The notes under the pieces: model-generated
What the model was told of the DNA's origin: nothing
Seen by the model: the letters and a program-made list of their open reading frames with translations, nothing else
Databases searched by the model: none
Part shown: positions 60,401 through 64,000 of the stretch, in pieces
Layout of the letters: each line of letters begins with the position of its first letter
How positions within the stretch are numbered: the stretch's first letter is position 1
Translations under genes and position numbers: made by a program
Assembly: GCA_002633005.1 (NCBI GenBank)
Contig: NMRA01000661.1
Coordinates: 124,001-188,000 of the forward strand
Reading direction: 5' to 3'
Source: Phoronis australis
Lineage: Eukaryota > Animalia > Phoronida
DNA: 64,000 bases

Positions 60401-63400
60401 TAACATCCTTCGTCAACAGAAACAGAAATAAAGTAAAATCAAACACTATATGACACTTGACATGTGATATATGGCGTAATGAGCATGATACATTGTTGCT
60501 GAAAAAAGTAAATAAAGACTTGTTTATTATATCCTTTACTTTTTTCTGCAACGTGTCATGCTCATTACGCCATATATCAGATGTCAATTGTCATATAGTG
60601 TTTGATTTTACTTTATTTCTGTTTCTGTTGACGAAGGATGTCATTATATCTGAAAATTTCAGTGATCCAATTTTGTTGTTTTATTTAGTTACGTATATTT
60701 ATAGAGCAAAGGTATACATTTAAATTTTCTAAAAAAACCTGTAGAATTGAAGTTTTAACTTTTTAAAATTGTGAATATTTGTGTCTTTTTAGTAAACTTT
60801 AGCAAAAAAGAAAGGCACATTCATAGCAAAACAACGAAATCAATAACATTATCATATTTTGTTTGATACAAATGTTCAAGCTAATTCTCAAAAACACTCA
60901 CTGTTACAGTTTTCATTTGATGCAACTTTACATTTTTTCCACGAAGCTCATAAATCTCCTGTTTTTCGATAGCTCATCAAGCAAAAGTGCACACTTTGTA
61001 ACAGTGTTTTAGAGAAAAATGCATAAATCCCAGTATCTGAAAGTTTCACGTGAATCTTGTCAGTCCTTTCCGAAACACGATGTTCTGAGGTTAGCCAAAT
61101 GTCTGGGATCCCACGTAACCTTAAACAGTTCCCATACACGTGACAGTGACAGTAAGCAAACCCGTGCAAAATATGAAAATAAGAATTGATACACGCACGC
61201 GTACCTGCATGGGACATCCGCTGTTGATCCACTTCTGGCGCCCCCTATCCATGCCGTCGGAACATTGACCGAGCGAAGCACACCAACCGCATTTGAACTT
61301 GTCGTGTGTAAACTGCTGTGAAAGGCAGAGGCCGCAGTTGGCCAGGACATTACACGCTGCAAGTAGGCGCATGAAGTCAAAGTAAGCATCACGTTATATT
61401 GACGGAGAGAGATACCACCTTACGCATCAAAGCCTGGAGTGACCAATAACAAAAAAGAGGAAAATTTTCCAGGTGATATATCGTTCCACAAATAAATACT
61501 AGGCTTGTGTGATAGAAATATTTTTGGTGATAAATTATTTAACTGAAATAAACGTTTTTGCATGAACAAAGTCGAAATAATGACAAAAAAGAGACACAAA
61601 AATGGACATCAAATAAAAAGAGGAAATCAAAACCAAAAAAGAGAAAGTCCTCTCTTACAAGAGGAAAATTCCAAGCCCTGATGCATTAACATACTAGGAA
61701 TTGCTGTAGGGTCTGTTACATGACAAGTCACTTGGGGCAGACATTTGGCATGACACTTCCAATTCACAGTTTCTAAAAAAGGGGTTTAGCCAATTGGTTA
61801 TGAGAGCATCATCATTCAAAATTAAATTTATTGTCTCAGAAACCTGTCTAACAGTAATGAGTATATTCCCAGAAACTGTGCGCTTTTGCTCAAGGGAGAT
61901 CTAATTATTTTCAGAAACTGTAGTGTGGAGTAGAAGACCAAATTTCTGACTTAAGTCTGCTGTTGGGTAACGTGTTGCAATTAGATAAACGAGGGAAAGT
62001 TCCACGACTACTTACTGGGTAAAGGCTCAATGATGACGGCGCTGCCTGTTCTGATGAGAGTTGTGTTGATCACCACCTTATGGTATTCATAGATTGTGCG
62101 ACGTGTTATGGCTGAAGAGATAAACAACCAAGGGAGATAAAAAACAAGTGACTGCATTTCTGACAACCAAAACACAGCCTCGAAAGCATTTTCCAATGTT
62201 GACTATGGACTGTGGCATGAAACAAGTAATCAGTTTCTTAATGCATGAAATGTATGTTCATTAATTTTTTGATCACTCGCTCTGCAAGTTGCATAGAATT
62301 TTAAAAAACTCTCACAAATTCAAAGAAAATTAAAATAACCACAGCAGCAGTGGGATCTTTCAAACACAAATAGAATGATTTGAAAATGGGCATTTGCTGT
62401 TCTCTTCTTGAAAAAACCTTATCTCCCAAACTTCATCGAGACCCTTCATCAAACACCAGTGCCTCGATACTGGGACAAATGCAAACAAAGAAACAGGTAC
62501 TCCAAACTGCCCACAAATCAATGTTGGCCTGCTTAGCGTCAATAGATTAATCACCTGCATCAAATTTTGTTTTTCAAACCGTTTGGCAGAAAGAATAAGA
62601 CAGACATAAAAAAACAGGCTGATCAAAACACTGAAACTGCCACTGCAGGACACAAAATGCCTGGGTTGTGCGAAAATAGGCAGCTTTTGTCTACACGTGT
62701 CAAATTTCATAAACTTACAGCAAAGGACATCAAGGTAGTCCTAAAAGCAGACGCAAAAAGGAAAAATTACCTTAAAAAGCATAACAATATTGGGATCTGT
62801 CCAGCAGTTAACATAAGCTGTGTTCTTGTCAACTCAAAACATACATTACGAAATTTCATGACCATCCTTCGAGAACCTGGTACATAATATGTCAACAAAA
62901 ACAAACTAAAATAGCCACTAGGTGGCATGCCCACATTCAGATCAGTCCTAAAACCAATGCCAGACCTGTTTTTGTTAACAGGAACTTATTGTTGAAATTT
63001 CAAGATGATCCTTCGCCACACTTGGCAGATATACAGAGCAGGTACAATAAAACTTAAACTCCCACCAGGGGACATAGAAGCATCCGGATCCTCAAGTAGA
63101 AAATATCATGTATCCCTTAAATTGAGAAGACACAAAAAAACAACCAAAATACTAATTTAAAAAGATCCACAAAGAGGAGCAGCAGTAGTCATCTGGGTCA
63201 GCCTACTTAGTGGTAGTGTCATCCCCATAATAGGAACACAGACATAAAATTTCAAAACTTTCCGGAGAATGACTTGGTAGGCATAAAGACGAAGAAGATA
63301 CTAAGTGCACCACCACACCAAATGACCTCAAACTTGGTGAATGAAACCCATGAACACTAATAACTGTATACCTAAAGGTTCAATTTCTACGTGACAATAG

Positions 63401-63916
63401 ATTTCATATTAAATAGTTGGCCATATTTCCGCACACCCTTAAGAAAAAGAATTAAAAGCCCAGTGAGAATTAGTTAATACCACCAACAAATTAAATGCCC
63501 ACTAAAATGAAAGAAAGCAGCATAATGGCACAATTGTTCAAAACACAAGTAACGACAACAAAATCGAAGTACGTAAACTGGGAAAATGAAACTGGGTCAA
63601 GTGAAAACAAGCGGAAAGTGAGTGTTTTAATTAACACAGTCTCAGTTTTATTACTAACAGGTGAACAATGCATTGATTACTTTCGATGTAATTTGTAAGC
63701 AGCTTTTCTTCCGTATCCGATATCTCCATAAGAAGCTAACATTTGCCTCAATTTTTTGGACACCTGACTGCATTCCAAATAATTCAATAACTTACGGCAC
63801 GGAGTAAACAGCATCTTACCAAAGAAGGGTATGATCGAGTCCCGGTAATAGGCGTCGGACAATCCTACTTTAACAGAATGCCTTCTACTGGAAATGTCGG
63901 GGATGCTGATGGGCAG
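45409..63916 (-). CDS. PLXDC: Plexin-domain-containing protein (PLXDC1/2, TEM7 family), 3' portion; 5' exons lie beyond the window
   Basis: Well-supported exons: 63916-63820 (LPISIPDISSRRHSVKVGLSDAYY), 62111-62016 (RRTIYEYHKV..EPLP), 61356-61205 (PSI domain CGLC..CGWC..CSDGMDRGRQKWINSGC), 60065-59996, 47228-47101 (TM plus YAYRNPESRSGQWLIR), 45513-45409 (NRPREVAKRIKFWKK..ESRA*). Less certain Ser/Thr-rich stalk exons: 57662-57555, 50638-50210, 49761-49699. All GT-AG and phase-compatible; VKVGLSDA and RRTIYEYH are PLXDC hallmarks. Confidence 0.9.
47960..48410. repeat. Degenerate minisatellite, ~56 bp unit, about 7-8 copies (intronic)
   Basis: Recurring ACAAAACTGAGGGTGTGCAAAGTATACCATTTCCCGACCGTCGCTCGTCAACAAGT-like unit with starts near 47996, 48053, 48107, 48163, 48222, 48278, 48334, 48390. 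Confidence 0.85.
51400..52000. repeat. Degenerate tandem array of ~150-172 bp units
   Basis: AAATGGCCACTA(G)AGGG.GCTA-like cores recur near 51432, 51581, 51752 and 51924. Confidence 0.5.
53767..56358. repeat. Near-identical ~1.28 kb tandem duplication across a short N gap; probable assembly or haplotype artefact
   Basis: 53767-55049 vs 55077-56358 differ by only a handful of substitutions; identical 108-aa ORFs at 54049 and 55358. Confidence 0.85.
60347..60702. mobile_element. ~355 bp foldback/palindromic element in a PLXDC intron
   Basis: Long inverted arms around a short spacer near 60512-60535; the ORF track shows mirror peptides on both strands (60315-60587 - and 60457-60723 +). Confidence 0.8.
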
Positions 63917-64000
63917 CTAGATGTGATCAGACAGAGAGGGGCTTAGATAGATGTGACAACAGGGGAGGAGGGGGGCAGTTAATACTGACCATCGATCAGC

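Noticed and set aside
61205-61356. True plexin or semaphorin receptor
   Set aside because: No IPT or GAP exons follow the PSI domain; flanking motifs and the short tail identify PLXDC.

Overview
AT-rich eukaryotic (invertebrate animal-like) genomic DNA from a draft assembly with N gaps; the species cannot be determined from sequence alone. Most ORF-track entries are spurious because the genes are spliced. I reconstructed five genes by hand: two tandem six-exon cytosolic sulfotransferases (+; 4589-13197 and 17351-29927), a secreted inhibitory-type serpin (+; 32032-34825), a Golgi galactose-3-O-sulfotransferase family gene (-; 37016-38590), and the 3' part of a plexin-domain-containing PLXDC/TEM7-like gene (-; 45409 to beyond the window end). 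Introns and spacers hold many mobile-element relics: a Penelope-like 3' end with an apparently intact minimal hammerhead ribozyme, PIF/Harbinger transposase relics, a gypsy integrase relic, a LINE 3' end and several MITEs. Two gap-flanking duplications look like uncollapsed haplotypes. I found no prokaryotic-type system. The best leads are the hammerhead ribozyme, candidate 9- and 12-nt microexons in a modular PLXDC stalk, an AG|GTAAG site bracketing uORFs in the GAL3ST leader, and divergent motifs in the duplicated sulfotransferases. All calls are by manual inspection; no searches were run.
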